Part shown: piece after piece, positions 11,145 through 20,378 of the stretch
How the letters are laid out: each line of letters begins with the position of its first letter
Numbering within the stretch: the stretch's first letter is position 1
NCBI GenBank assembly: GCA_963823335.1
Contig: CAWGLD010000008.1
Span: 64,001 to 128,000, forward strand
Direction: 5' to 3'
Length of the DNA stretch: 64,000 nt
Source of the DNA: an uncultured delta proteobacterium
Lineage (GTDB): Bacteria; Desulfobacterota; Desulfobacteria; Desulfobacterales; B30-G6
The notes under the pieces: generated by a model
Seen by the model: the letters and a program-made list of their open reading frames with translations, nothing else
Databases searched by the model: none
Told to the model about the DNA's origin: nothing
Position numbers and translations under genes: made by a program

Positions 11145-11213
11145 AATCGTGTGACGATTTTATTTGAACTTTCAATTTTGAGATGACTTCTATATAGGGA
11201 GGAGAAAGGTTAT

Positions 11214-12203
11214 ATGACCATCAAGAAAAAACGCGTTTTGAGCGGTATGCGCCCCACAGGCCCGCTTCATCTGGGAAATCTTCATGGCGCATTGTTGAAC
11301 TGGGTAAATATGCAGGAAACGTATGACTGCTTTTTCTTTATTGCTGATTGGCACGCACTGACGAGCGACTACGAAGACCCCGGCCAGATATCCGGCTATT
11401 CCCGGGAAATCATCAAGGATTGGTTGAGTGTCGGGCTGTCACCGGAAAAAAGCACCCTTTTCGTTCAATCGGATATCAAGGAACATGCCGAGCTATTCCT
11501 GATTTTCAGCATGATTACACCCGTGCCATGGTTGGAGCGGAACCCGACCTACAAGGACCAGATGGTACAGCTGAACAACAAAGATCTGTCCACTTTCGGG
11601 TTCCTTGGCTATCCCGTCCTCCAGGCGGCCGATATTATCATGTATAAAGCCGATGGCGTTCCTGTGGGTGTGGATCAGGTGCCGCATGTGGAAATCACGC
11701 GCGAGATTGCCCGCAGGTTTAACTATCTTTACGGCAACGTTTTCCCCGAACCCGAAGCCATACTGACCCAAACACCGAAAATTCTCGGTCTGGATCGGCG
11801 AAAAATGAGTAAGAGCTACCAGAATGCCATCTATCTCTCGGACAGCCTCGAAAAAGTGACCACCAAGGTGTCGCAGATGATAACAGATCCACAACGGGCC
11901 AGAAAATCAGACCCGGGTAATCCGGACGTGTGCAATGTGTTCGAATTTCACAAATTGTATACAGACCCTGAAACCACCACCACCATCGCCAGGGAATGTC
12001 GCAGTGCTGAAATCGGATGTGTGGACTGCAAGAAAATCATGACCCGCAATCTGCTGGCCGCCCTGGCACCGGTTCACGAAAAAAGGGACTATTACGACAA
12101 CCATCCGGAGCTGGTGGAGGATATCATCAAACAAGGCTGTACCAAAGCCGGCAAGGTAGCCCGCCAGACCATGGCCGAGGTACGAAATGTAATCGGGTTA
12201 TAG
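11214..12203 (+). CDS. trpS: Tryptophan--tRNA ligase
   Basis: SGMRPTG.LHLGN (HIGH-like), YPVLQAADI, VGVDQ, KMSKS. Confidence 0.97.
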   Translation: MTIKKKRVLSGMRPTGPLHLGNLHGALLNWVNMQETYDCFFFIADWHALTSDYEDPGQISGYSREIIKDWLSVGLSPEKSTLFVQSDIKEHAELFLIFSMITPVPWLERNPTYKDQMVQLNNKDLSTFGFLGYPVLQAADIIMYKADGVPVGVDQVPHVEITREIARRFNYLYGNVFPEPEAILTQTPKILGLDRRKMSKSYQNAIYLSDSLEKVTTKVSQMITDPQRARKSDPGNPDVCNVFEFHKLYTDPETTTTIARECRSAEIGCVDCKKIMTRNLLAALAPVHEKRDYYDNHPELVEDIIKQGCTKAGKVARQTMAEVRNVIGL

Positions 12204-12257
12204 GCACTTTCTTCGAAAGAGCACTAAGCTGAAAGCTGTAAGGTCATTAGCCAAAAT

Positions 12258-12977
12258 ATGGCACACACAGAGATCCCATACGAAATAAAGCTCGATCAGA
12301 TTTTTGAAGGGCCCATGGCACTCCTGGTTCACTTGATCAAAAAGAATGAAGTGGACATCTATGACATTCCCATTGCCATGATTACCCAGCAGTACCTCGA
12401 ATATCTCGAATGGATCAAGCTCATGAACATCGACTTTGCCGGGGACTTCCTGGTGATGGCATCCACACTGGCACAGATCAAGTCCAGAATGCTGCTACCG
12501 ACCCACGGCATCGAAGACGAGGAGGACCCCCGCCTGGAACTGGCCAAACCCCTCAGGGAGTACCTCGAAATGCAGTCCATCGCAGAGCAGTTGGCAAGTC
12601 GAAATCTTCTTGGAGAGCAAACATTTGTCCGATCCTTTACAGAAGAAGGATTCGAAGACCTCCAGGAAGAAGAGCCTTACATACAGGTGGGTCTTTTCGA
12701 ACTGATCGATGCGTTTCAAAAAATCCTGGCCAATATTCCGGAAGAGCACCGCTTAGAACTGTCCACTGACCGGATATCGGTCAAGGAACGAATTTCGGAA
12801 ATTGTCGACATCCTCGAGAAAAAGGAGTCCTTGACATTTTACGAGCTCTTTTCTAAAGACGCGGTCAAAGGTGACATTATTGTGACCTTTCTGGCTCTGC
12901 TGGAAATGGTCAAACTCAACCTGGTCCAGATTGTACAACATATCGAATCCGGTATTATCAGAATATTTTATATATAA
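12258..12977 (+). CDS. scpA: Segregation and condensation protein A (kleisin)
   Basis: FEGP..LL.LI, IKSRMLLP, TFLALLEM. Confidence 0.95.
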   Translation: MAHTEIPYEIKLDQIFEGPMALLVHLIKKNEVDIYDIPIAMITQQYLEYLEWIKLMNIDFAGDFLVMASTLAQIKSRMLLPTHGIEDEEDPRLELAKPLREYLEMQSIAEQLASRNLLGEQTFVRSFTEEGFEDLQEEEPYIQVGLFELIDAFQKILANIPEEHRLELSTDRISVKERISEIVDILEKKESLTFYELFSKDAVKGDIIVTFLALLEMVKLNLVQIVQHIESGIIRIFYI

Positions 12978-13636
12978 TGGATGATTTAAAAAATATTATC
13001 GAAAGCCTTCTTTTTGTGGCTGAAGAACCCCTGGGTATCGAGCAGATCAAACAAGTTCTTTCTCTGCCCGATACAAAAATGATCCGGCAGACCCTCACTG
13101 AACTCATCACGGACTACGAGGGACGCCAGGGCGCCTTTACCCTGCATGAAGTTGCCGGCGGGTATCAGTTTCGTTCCCGGCCTGAATATGTCCCCTGGAT
13201 CAAACGCCTTCTTCAGCCAAAGCCTTCCCGGCTCAGCAAAGCCGCCTTAGAGACACTGGCCATTATCGCCTACAAACAGCCCATGATCCGTAGCGATATT
13301 GAGCACTTAAGGGGTGTCGATTGTGGCGGTGTCCTGAGGATGCTGCTTGAACGAAAACTGATCCGCGTACTGGGGCGCAAAGAAATTCCCGGCCGGCCTC
13401 TGATCTATGCCACCACCAAGCAGTTCCTTCAGGTGTTCGACCTGAAAAACCTGAAAGACCTGCCCTCACCCAAGGAAATCGAAGCCCTGGGAATCGAAGC
13501 CCTGGATATGGAAAATTCAGAGGATGAAACCATCGATGCAGCCGAGGCGCAAGATGAAGACCGCAACACCCCCCTGGAGACAGAAAGTGATTCAGAGCAA
13601 AAAGAACTTGACGAAGAACCCTCCGACTCAATATAG
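12977..13636 (+). CDS. scpB: Segregation and condensation protein B
   Basis: LSKAALETLAIIAYKQP, RGV, PGRPLIYATT; overlaps the scpA stop. Confidence 0.96.
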   Translation: MDDLKNIIESLLFVAEEPLGIEQIKQVLSLPDTKMIRQTLTELITDYEGRQGAFTLHEVAGGYQFRSRPEYVPWIKRLLQPKPSRLSKAALETLAIIAYKQPMIRSDIEHLRGVDCGGVLRMLLERKLIRVLGRKEIPGRPLIYATTKQFLQVFDLKNLKDLPSPKEIEALGIEALDMENSEDETIDAAEAQDEDRNTPLETESDSEQKELDEEPSDSI

Positions 13637-13637
13637 T
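13608..13637 (+). promoter_or_regulatory. Putative sigma70 promoter for the tRNA, inside the scpB 3' end
   Basis: TTGACG-N18-TATAGT, 14 nt upstream of the tRNA. Confidence 0.5.
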
Positions 13638-13651
13638 TGCAGAAAGAATAA

Positions 13652-13726
13652 GGGCGGTTAACTCAGCGGGAGAGTGCTACCTTCACACGGTAGAAGTCAC
13701 TGGTTCAAATCCAGTACCGCCTACCA
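13652..13726 (+). tRNA. tRNA-Val, anticodon CAC
   Basis: Acceptor stem GGGCGGT/ACCGCCT, anticodon arm CTACC-TTCACAC-GGTAG, T-arm GGTTCAAATCC, encoded 3' CCA. Confidence 0.97.
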
Positions 13727-13771
13727 TTTAAAAAATAACAGGGAATTGGTTCATAATAAGGAGGGACACAA

Positions 13772-14533
13772 ATGAAAATGGTAAAACGACTTTTAATGCT
13801 TCTGGCGACCTTATGCTTAATGGTGCCTGCTGTACAGGCTGCCGATGTATCTCTCGGTGGTGGTGTCGGATTGGCCCCTGATTATGAAGGTTCAAAAGAT
13901 TACAAAGTGGTTCCGGTCCCCACCGGAAATGTCAAATACAGCAACGGGATGTTTGTGAAATTATTGGGATTGAATATCAGAGCCAACCTGCTTCCCGGCA
14001 GCATGTGGCAATTGGGTCCGGTGTACAATTATCGTATGGGGCGCAAAGATGTGGAAAACAACGCTGTCGATGACATGAAAAGTGTGGACGCTACCGGTGA
14101 ACTGGGTGTTTTTGGGGGTCTTGTGTACAATAAATGGTATGCTTCTCTGGAACTCTTGTCCGACATGGGCGATGGACATGATGGGTGGTATTCCACGCTG
14201 AAAGGTGGCTACAATTGGGTTATCAATGAAAGCTGGATCCTATCAATGGGGGCCTCCGCTACTTATGCCGACGATGACTATATGCAGACCTATTTTGGCG
14301 TCAGTAACAAGGATTCGCGGCGCAGCGGGCTGGATCGCTATGATGCGGAAGCAAGTATCAAGGATATCGGTATTAATCTGGCCGCAAACTGGATACTCAC
14401 CCAAAACTGGAGCGCCATGGGTATCGTCAGTTTTACCCAATTGCTTGGCGATGCGAGTGATGACAGTCCTGTGGTGGATGAAGGCAGTGAAGGCCAGTTT
14501 TTTGGTGCAGCCATGGTCGTATACCGTTTTTAA
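13772..14533 (+). CDS. MipA/OmpV family outer-membrane beta-barrel protein
   Basis: Signal peptide, PDYEGS motif, YMQTYFGV, terminal YRF. Confidence 0.88.
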   Translation: MKMVKRLLMLLATLCLMVPAVQAADVSLGGGVGLAPDYEGSKDYKVVPVPTGNVKYSNGMFVKLLGLNIRANLLPGSMWQLGPVYNYRMGRKDVENNAVDDMKSVDATGELGVFGGLVYNKWYASLELLSDMGDGHDGWYSTLKGGYNWVINESWILSMGASATYADDDYMQTYFGVSNKDSRRSGLDRYDAEASIKDIGINLAANWILTQNWSAMGIVSFTQLLGDASDDSPVVDEGSEGQFFGAAMVVYRF

Positions 14534-14591
14534 CACGTACGCGCCATCGTAAGGGCATCATTTTTGTCTTTCTCGATGCAGGAGGACGGTC

Positions 14592-17108
14592 ATGAGCGTT
14601 TCCCTTGCTGAAAAAACCGAATACAAAATCAAGGAACCTCAAAAACTTTCCCCCCGTATCTCCTGGCTTCGAAATTATTATTTTCAGGGCTGCAAAAGAA
14701 ACTGGAACAACGAATACACCGCCTGGTCCACCGGCACCCCCTGGGATCTGCTGTATCAGGAGATGACCTACTATATCGTCCCCGAAGTCTATATGCTCAT
14801 AGACACGCTGGGGGGCGGCTATCATCAGGCTGCAAGAAATGTGGATTTGCATGATGATTTCTGGACCTGGCGACTGCCCGAAAGAAAGGCCTGGTTCCTC
14901 AAAGAGGTCATGCTGAACCATGTGCCGCAGGAAATCCTCCCCGGAGATCTCATAGCCGGTGCCAGGTTCAATGTGATCACCTCCACCTGTTTCACAAAGA
15001 AAGAACGCGCGGCATATGACCGGAGGGTCGTGGGCAAAAAAGGCGCCCGCGCCAGAATGAAATGGTTTCACGACCATGGCTACGGCAATGCCGGCGCCAC
15101 CAGCGGCCACCTCATACCCGGTTATGAACACGCACTTAAAATCGGTTGGAAAGGTATTTACGACTCCCTGAAAAACTCCTTTGCACAATTGGTTCCCGAG
15201 GATCAAAACGGCCCCAAGGGTTCCCAGCTCAGGGCCATGATCACTGCGGCAACGCTTCCCAGGGACCTGGCAAATCAGTATGCCTCTCTTTGCAGCCGCC
15301 TCGCTGCGGAGGAAACCGACCCTGAGCGTAAAGCGGAACTGGCCCAGATGGCTCGAAACCTAACAAGGGTTCCCTGGGAGCCTGCCAGGACTTTCTGGGA
15401 AGCCGTGCAGTCCCTCTGGCTGACGCACATGCTTGTCATGAGTGATGAAAACTACCCCGGCCCTGGTGTTTCCTTCGGACGTATCGACCAGTTCCTTCTG
15501 CCATACTGGGAATATTCAAGAGATCAGGGCATGGACTGGGAGTTTGCCAAGGAGATTCTCAAGTGTTTCTGGTTCCACTGCAATACTGCCTACGATGCCA
15601 TGATCCGTAATGGCAACCAGGGTATCACCGCAGGTTTTGGTCAGCTGTTGACCCTTTCCGGTATGGGAAAAGACGGTCAGGACATGACCAATGAACTGAC
15701 CTACATGTTCCTGGAAGTCATCGATGAAATGACACCCATTCTGGAACCGAAGCCCAACGTGCGGCTGCACCGGAACACACCGGACGAACTCCTGGACAAG
15801 GTCATCGATATGATATCCGCAAGTCAGGGGTCCCCCTTTCTGATCAACTTCGACGAAAGGTCCATGGCCGGCATGATGCTGGAGGCAAAGAAAGCCAATA
15901 TCACCCACCTGATCAACGCGTCGAACGTGCATGACTACGCACCGGTGGGCTGTCTGGAAAACACCATGGTGGGCAATGACCGCTCCGGTACCGTGGACAT
16001 CAACCTGAACCTTCTCAAGGCCGTCGAACTCACCCTGACCGGGGGCAAAGACCTGATCCCCTTTGTTGACCCCATGACAGGCAAAGCCGAAAAAATCCGC
16101 CAGGACGGCCCGAAAACCGGCGAGGCAGCTGAGTTCGAGACATTTGAGGCCTTCTTCAAGGCTTATGAAGAACATACCGCCTATATCATCCAAAAGAGTG
16201 CAGATACCTATGAAGCCTCTGAAGCGGTTCGGGCCGATTTTCTTTTCACCCCCTATCTTTCCTGCCTGGTTAAAGGGTGCGAGGAAAAAAGACTCGATGT
16301 CACCCAGGGCGGTGCTGAAATCAATTTTACCACCCTGGAAGCGGTTACGTATGCCACCACTGTCGATTCCCTGCTGGCCATTAAATATCTTGTTTTCGAC
16401 AAACAGCTCTGCAGTATGTCCGAACTCATTCAGGCACTCAGGGACAACTGGCAAGATCACGAAAAACTTCAGGCCCTGGCCATCAACAGGGCCCCCAAAT
16501 ATGGCCGGGATGATGACGAAGCCGATGCGCTGGCCAAACAAGTCATGGATCTCTGGTGCCGGAAAACCTGGCAGCACAAAACCGTATCGACCCGTCGCCG
16601 GTTCAGACCCGGCATGCTGAGCTGGAACTACTGGGCCGGAGACGGATATGTCATGGCTGCCAGTGCCAACGGCCGTACAAAGGGGCAGTTTCTCTCCAAC
16701 GCCATCTGTCCTTCCAATGGTGCGGATATCAAAGGTCCCACATCGAACACCAACTCGGTGGGAAAAGTCCTGGGAGGAAAAGCGTTCGATGGCAGAGGCG
16801 ACTGGCTCGACACCATCAACTGCCTCCCCAATGGTGCCAGCCACACCATAACTTTCAACCCTTCCATTATCAAGGACCCGGTGCACAAGCAGAAATTCAA
16901 GGCCTTTTTAAAAGGATATGCGGAAAATGGCGGCACGGCCCTGCAGGTCAATATGCTCGATCCGGAAATGTTGAAGGAAGCCCAGAAAAATCCCACGGAT
17001 TACCGGCATCTCCTGGTACGCATCACCGGATACAATGCCTATTTTACCACCGTGGGCAAAGAACTCCAGGATGAGGTGATAGAGCGAGTCAGCCACTGCC
17101 GGTTTTGA
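14592..17108 (+). CDS. Glycyl radical enzyme of unassigned substrate (single-Cys, eliminase/dehydratase-like)
   Basis: 838 aa; SFGRIDQ, Cys loop VGCLE, Gly loop LLVRITGYNAYF; adjacent activase. Confidence 0.92.
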   Translation: MSVSLAEKTEYKIKEPQKLSPRISWLRNYYFQGCKRNWNNEYTAWSTGTPWDLLYQEMTYYIVPEVYMLIDTLGGGYHQAARNVDLHDDFWTWRLPERKAWFLKEVMLNHVPQEILPGDLIAGARFNVITSTCFTKKERAAYDRRVVGKKGARARMKWFHDHGYGNAGATSGHLIPGYEHALKIGWKGIYDSLKNSFAQLVPEDQNGPKGSQLRAMITAATLPRDLANQYASLCSRLAAEETDPERKAELAQMARNLTRVPWEPARTFWEAVQSLWLTHMLVMSDENYPGPGVSFGRIDQFLLPYWEYSRDQGMDWEFAKEILKCFWFHCNTAYDAMIRNGNQGITAGFGQLLTLSGMGKDGQDMTNELTYMFLEVIDEMTPILEPKPNVRLHRNTPDELLDKVIDMISASQGSPFLINFDERSMAGMMLEAKKANITHLINASNVHDYAPVGCLENTMVGNDRSGTVDINLNLLKAVELTLTGGKDLIPFVDPMTGKAEKIRQDGPKTGEAAEFETFEAFFKAYEEHTAYIIQKSADTYEASEAVRADFLFTPYLSCLVKGCEEKRLDVTQGGAEINFTTLEAVTYATTVDSLLAIKYLVFDKQLCSMSELIQALRDNWQDHEKLQALAINRAPKYGRDDDEADALAKQVMDLWCRKTWQHKTVSTRRRFRPGMLSWNYWAGDGYVMAASANGRTKGQFLSNAICPSNGADIKGPTSNTNSVGKVLGGKAFDGRGDWLDTINCLPNGASHTITFNPSIIKDPVHKQKFKAFLKGYAENGGTALQVNMLDPEMLKEAQKNPTDYRHLLVRITGYNAYFTTVGKELQDEVIERVSHCRF

Positions 17109-17112
17109 AGAC

Positions 17113-17238
17113 AGGGTTCGAGGATTCGAAGGGTTGAGGGTGATACAAGGGTGGTAAAAGGGTTTGAGGGTAGCCATAAGCATTAAGCGGTTTAGGCTAA
17201 ACACAAAATACAAAACATGAAACACTAAATCCAACAAG
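17113..17238 (+). repeat. Composite intergenic repeat: GGG-rich module plus AAACAC-type heptamer module
   Basis: AGGGTTGAGGGTGATACAAGGGTGGTAAAAGGGTTTGAGGG followed by AAACACAAAATACAAAACATGAAACACTAAA. Confidence 0.8.
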
Positions 17239-17242
17239 CTCC

Positions 17243-18232
17243 ATGAACCCAAGCAACACGAATGGTCTTGTACTCGAAATCCAGCGTATGTCCACCGAAG
17301 ACGGACCGGGCCTGAGAACAACTGTCTTTTTCAAGGGCTGCAGCCTCGCCTGTACCTGGTGTCACAACCCGGAAAGCATTTCTCTGCACCCCCAGATCCA
17401 CTGGATCGATTTGCGCTGTATCGCATGCAAGACCTGTCTCGACATCTGCCCCAAAGGTGCCCTGACCCTGACGCCCGAGGGTATCAACATCGACCGCAGT
17501 CTGTGCGACGGCTGCGGTGTCTGTGTCGATGCCTGCCCCTCCACAGCCCTGGAACGATTGGGTCAACAATGGACTCTGGCAGATCTTGTGCATGAAATTC
17601 TCAAAGACCGGGTCTATTTTGAAAAATCAGGCGGTGGGATAACCGTATCGGGTGGAGAACCCACCCTGCAGGCCGGCTTTGTGGCCGGTCTTTTGAAACA
17701 ATTTCGTGCCCAGGGGATCCATACCGCGCTGGATACATGTGGTTTTTGCAGCCGCAAAGCCCTGGATGAGCTCCTTCCCCATACGGCGCTGGTTCTTTTT
17801 GATATCAAGGAAATCGATACTGAGAAGCACCACGCCTTTACCGGAAGTGACAACCGGATTATTTTGGAAAACCTGATGCATGTCTCCCGATACATCGAAA
17901 CCCATCTATATCCTGAGGGTCTCTGGATCCGGACACCGCTTATACCCGGCACAACGGCAACCATTGAAAATATCACCGGTATCGGAAACTGGCTCGCCGG
18001 ACGCCTGAATGGTCAGATCAAGCGATGGGAACTTTGCAGTTTCAACAACCTTTGCAGGGATAAATACACACGGCTCGGTTTGACCTGGCAGTTCCGGGAT
18101 GTCGCCCTTTTAGAAGAGGACCATATCAAGAGCTTGTTGGCAGCGGCAAGAGCATCCGGTGTCGATCCGAACATTGTTCATTGGAGCGGTGCAGCCAGGT
18201 TAAGTGAACAACCTGAAGCCATTAGCGGCTAA
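17243..18232 (+). CDS. Glycyl-radical enzyme activating protein (radical SAM with a 2x[4Fe-4S] insert)
   Basis: EDGPGLRTTVFFKGCSLACTWCHNPE, two CxxCxxCxxxCP motifs, GGITVSGGEP. Confidence 0.95.
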   Translation: MNPSNTNGLVLEIQRMSTEDGPGLRTTVFFKGCSLACTWCHNPESISLHPQIHWIDLRCIACKTCLDICPKGALTLTPEGINIDRSLCDGCGVCVDACPSTALERLGQQWTLADLVHEILKDRVYFEKSGGGITVSGGEPTLQAGFVAGLLKQFRAQGIHTALDTCGFCSRKALDELLPHTALVLFDIKEIDTEKHHAFTGSDNRIILENLMHVSRYIETHLYPEGLWIRTPLIPGTTATIENITGIGNWLAGRLNGQIKRWELCSFNNLCRDKYTRLGLTWQFRDVALLEEDHIKSLLAAARASGVDPNIVHWSGAARLSEQPEAISG

Positions 18233-18262
18233 GAGCCAACACCTAACAGTCAAGAGCTTATT

Positions 18263-19108
18263 ATGAACCCACGCAAAACGTTCACCCAAAATGAAATCAG
18301 GGCCTTTGCGCCGGCAGAAAAAATCGGTCTGGTTGCCTGCATCAATCCCGAAGGTGGCATCCACGTGACGCTCATCACCAGCATCATGGCCGCAGGCCCC
18401 GGGCAGCTGACCCTCGGTCAATTCAGCACAGGCCTCAGCAAATACTATATGCAGTTAAATCCGAAGATAGGGTTTCTGGTTATGTCCATGGACAGGCGGC
18501 TCTGGCGAGGCAAAGCCCGTTGGACGCACAAGCGGTCAGAAGGTCCTGAATACGAAATCTACAACAACCAGCCCATGTTCCGCTACAATGCATATTTCGG
18601 CATCAATACGGTGCATTATCTGGATCTCGTGGAAATCTGCAGTGAAGGAAAACTTCCCATGGGAAAAATCATACCGGCGGCCATCATCACCCGGGTTGCC
18701 AAGGGAGCCGCCGCTACTGGGAACCATAAGGCGATCCTCAAACCTTTTGCCGAAAACCTGTTCAACCAACTCGACGCACTCAAGTTCCTGGCCTATCTCG
18801 GTCAAAACGGTTTCCCCAGAATCATCCCTGTCATTCAATGTCAGGCCTCCGACAGTCGACGCCTGGTTTTCTCTACCCTGGCTTTTCACGACGATCTGCA
18901 AACCCTTGCAGCCGACACCACTGTAGGTATTTTCGGACTCAATCTGAAAATGCAGTCTGTTTTTGTTCGAGGTATTTTCCGTGGATTCAAGCGCTATCGC
19001 GGTGCCACCCTGGGTGTTCTTGACATCGACTGGGTATACAATTCCATGCCTCCGAGCCATGGGCAGATTTATCCTGAATCGAAACTTGAACCTGTGACGG
19101 TTTTTTAA
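18263..19108 (+). CDS. Tandem split-barrel (pyridoxamine-5'-phosphate oxidase-like) protein
   Basis: Two similar halves (KIGLVACINPEGGIHVTLI / KFLAYLGQNGFPRIIPVI); co-oriented with the GRE genes. Confidence 0.6.
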   Translation: MNPRKTFTQNEIRAFAPAEKIGLVACINPEGGIHVTLITSIMAAGPGQLTLGQFSTGLSKYYMQLNPKIGFLVMSMDRRLWRGKARWTHKRSEGPEYEIYNNQPMFRYNAYFGINTVHYLDLVEICSEGKLPMGKIIPAAIITRVAKGAAATGNHKAILKPFAENLFNQLDALKFLAYLGQNGFPRIIPVIQCQASDSRRLVFSTLAFHDDLQTLAADTTVGIFGLNLKMQSVFVRGIFRGFKRYRGATLGVLDIDWVYNSMPPSHGQIYPESKLEPVTVF

Positions 19109-19171
19109 ATATGAAGCCCATCATTCCAATCCTCCATAATTTCCTTGCATGAGGAGCATGGCATGTCCGGA

Positions 19172-20059
19172 CTAACGCGTGGCGCTGTCGAGATCGGCCA
19201 TCTCACGGAGGGTGCGGGCTATGGCTGACATGTCCTCGTCGCCATACCCCCTGCCGATGATGCCGTTTTCGATCTGATCCACCAAAGCGCCGATGGGCAG
19301 GGCTACCCCCAGATCCCGGGCCGCCTCGAGGGCGATACGCAGATCCTTGTGGTGCAGTCTGGCACGGAACCCCAGCGGATAGGTGTTGTTGACCATGTTC
19401 ATGGCCCGATTTGACAACACCCAGGATCCTGCCGCACCACCGGAGATGGCCTTGATGACCTTGTGCATGTCGAGCCCTGCTTTCATCCCCAGAACCATGC
19501 CTTCGGCAACGCCCATAAAAACCCCTGCAAGAATCACCTGGTTGATGGCCTTGGTAATCTGCCCGGATCCGATACCCCCCACATGCGTAATAATTTTCCC
19601 CATGGCTTCCAGCACGGGCATGGCATGTTGAACATCTTCTTTTTCTCCCCCTACCATAATGGCCAGGGTACCATTCTGGGCGCCTTCGGAGCCACCTGAA
19701 ACCGGTGCATCGATCATGCGGATTTCTTTCTCGGCAAGGGCTGCGGCCATTTCACGTGTGGCCGTGGGGCTGATGGTGGACATGTCAACCAGCAGGCTTC
19801 CAACCGGGGCACCATGGATGATACCCTCATCCCCCAATACGATCGTTTCCACATCTGGCGTGTCACTGACACAGGTGATGATGATCCCGGCACCTGCGGC
19901 TGCCTCCCGGGGTGTATCGGCCCGTACTGCCCCCGCATCGACCAGGGGCAGCTCTTTTTCCCGGGTCCGGTTGTGAACAACCACCTCATGCCCGGCTTTT
20001 AAAATATTAAGCGCCATGGGAGCTCCCATGGTTCCCATTCCGATAAACGCAACCTTCAT
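19172..20059 (-). CDS. NAD(P)-dependent beta-hydroxyacid dehydrogenase (3-hydroxyisobutyrate dehydrogenase / tartronate semialdehyde reductase family)
   Basis: FIGMGTMGAPMA, DAPVSGG, GSGQITKAINQ, F...LHHKDL. Confidence 0.92.
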   Translation of the reverse strand: MKVAFIGMGTMGAPMALNILKAGHEVVVHNRTREKELPLVDAGAVRADTPREAAAGAGIIITCVSDTPDVETIVLGDEGIIHGAPVGSLLVDMSTISPTATREMAAALAEKEIRMIDAPVSGGSEGAQNGTLAIMVGGEKEDVQHAMPVLEAMGKIITHVGGIGSGQITKAINQVILAGVFMGVAEGMVLGMKAGLDMHKVIKAISGGAAGSWVLSNRAMNMVNNTYPLGFRARLHHKDLRIALEAARDLGVALPIGALVDQIENGIIGRGYGDEDMSAIARTLREMADLDSATR

Positions 20060-20125
20060 TGCTTTCCTCCTGTTTTGAGCCATAAGCAGTAAGCCTTAAG
20101 CTGCTTAGCGCTTACAGCTTACTGC

Positions 20126-20371
20126 CTCAACTTTCGGTTTTCGCCACAAATAGAGCGAAATGGGTGATCCAATGGTGATTTGCGCTGTTAGAGCCAATTA
20201 GGGCACCTTACATCAGCGCATGTTAATGAAAATCCAATATGAAAACTCGGTCATTTGGCAGACATGCCTTTTTAACTATATGGCCGGCGCTGATGTTAGG
20301 AGCCCTTGCGGCGAGTTCGCAAAGCGCCAGGGGATGATTCATTTCGCGTTCGCTGAACCCAGAAAGTTGAG
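20126..20371. mobile_element. Possible non-autonomous IS remnant (MITE) containing a nested inverted repeat
   Basis: Terminal IR CTCAACTTTC/GAAAGTTGAG, flanks TTACTGC/TCACTGC; inner 20-bp IR at 20200-20219 and 20287-20306. Confidence 0.45.
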
Positions 20372-20378
20372 TCACTGC

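Noticed and set aside
15516-16886. Long antisense ORFs (also 8379-9449, 9570-10592, 26459-27781, 53961-54599)
   Set aside because: They are shadows of well-supported genes on the opposite strand and carry no recognisable motifs.
14592-17108. Calling the GRE pyruvate formate-lyase or an alkyl/benzylsuccinate synthase
   Set aside because: It has no CC pair and no small-subunit genes; the GCLE loop fits neither.
13652-19108. Genomic island integrated at tRNA-Val
   Set aside because: No integrase and no duplicated tRNA 3' end was seen, and composition is similar to the flanks.
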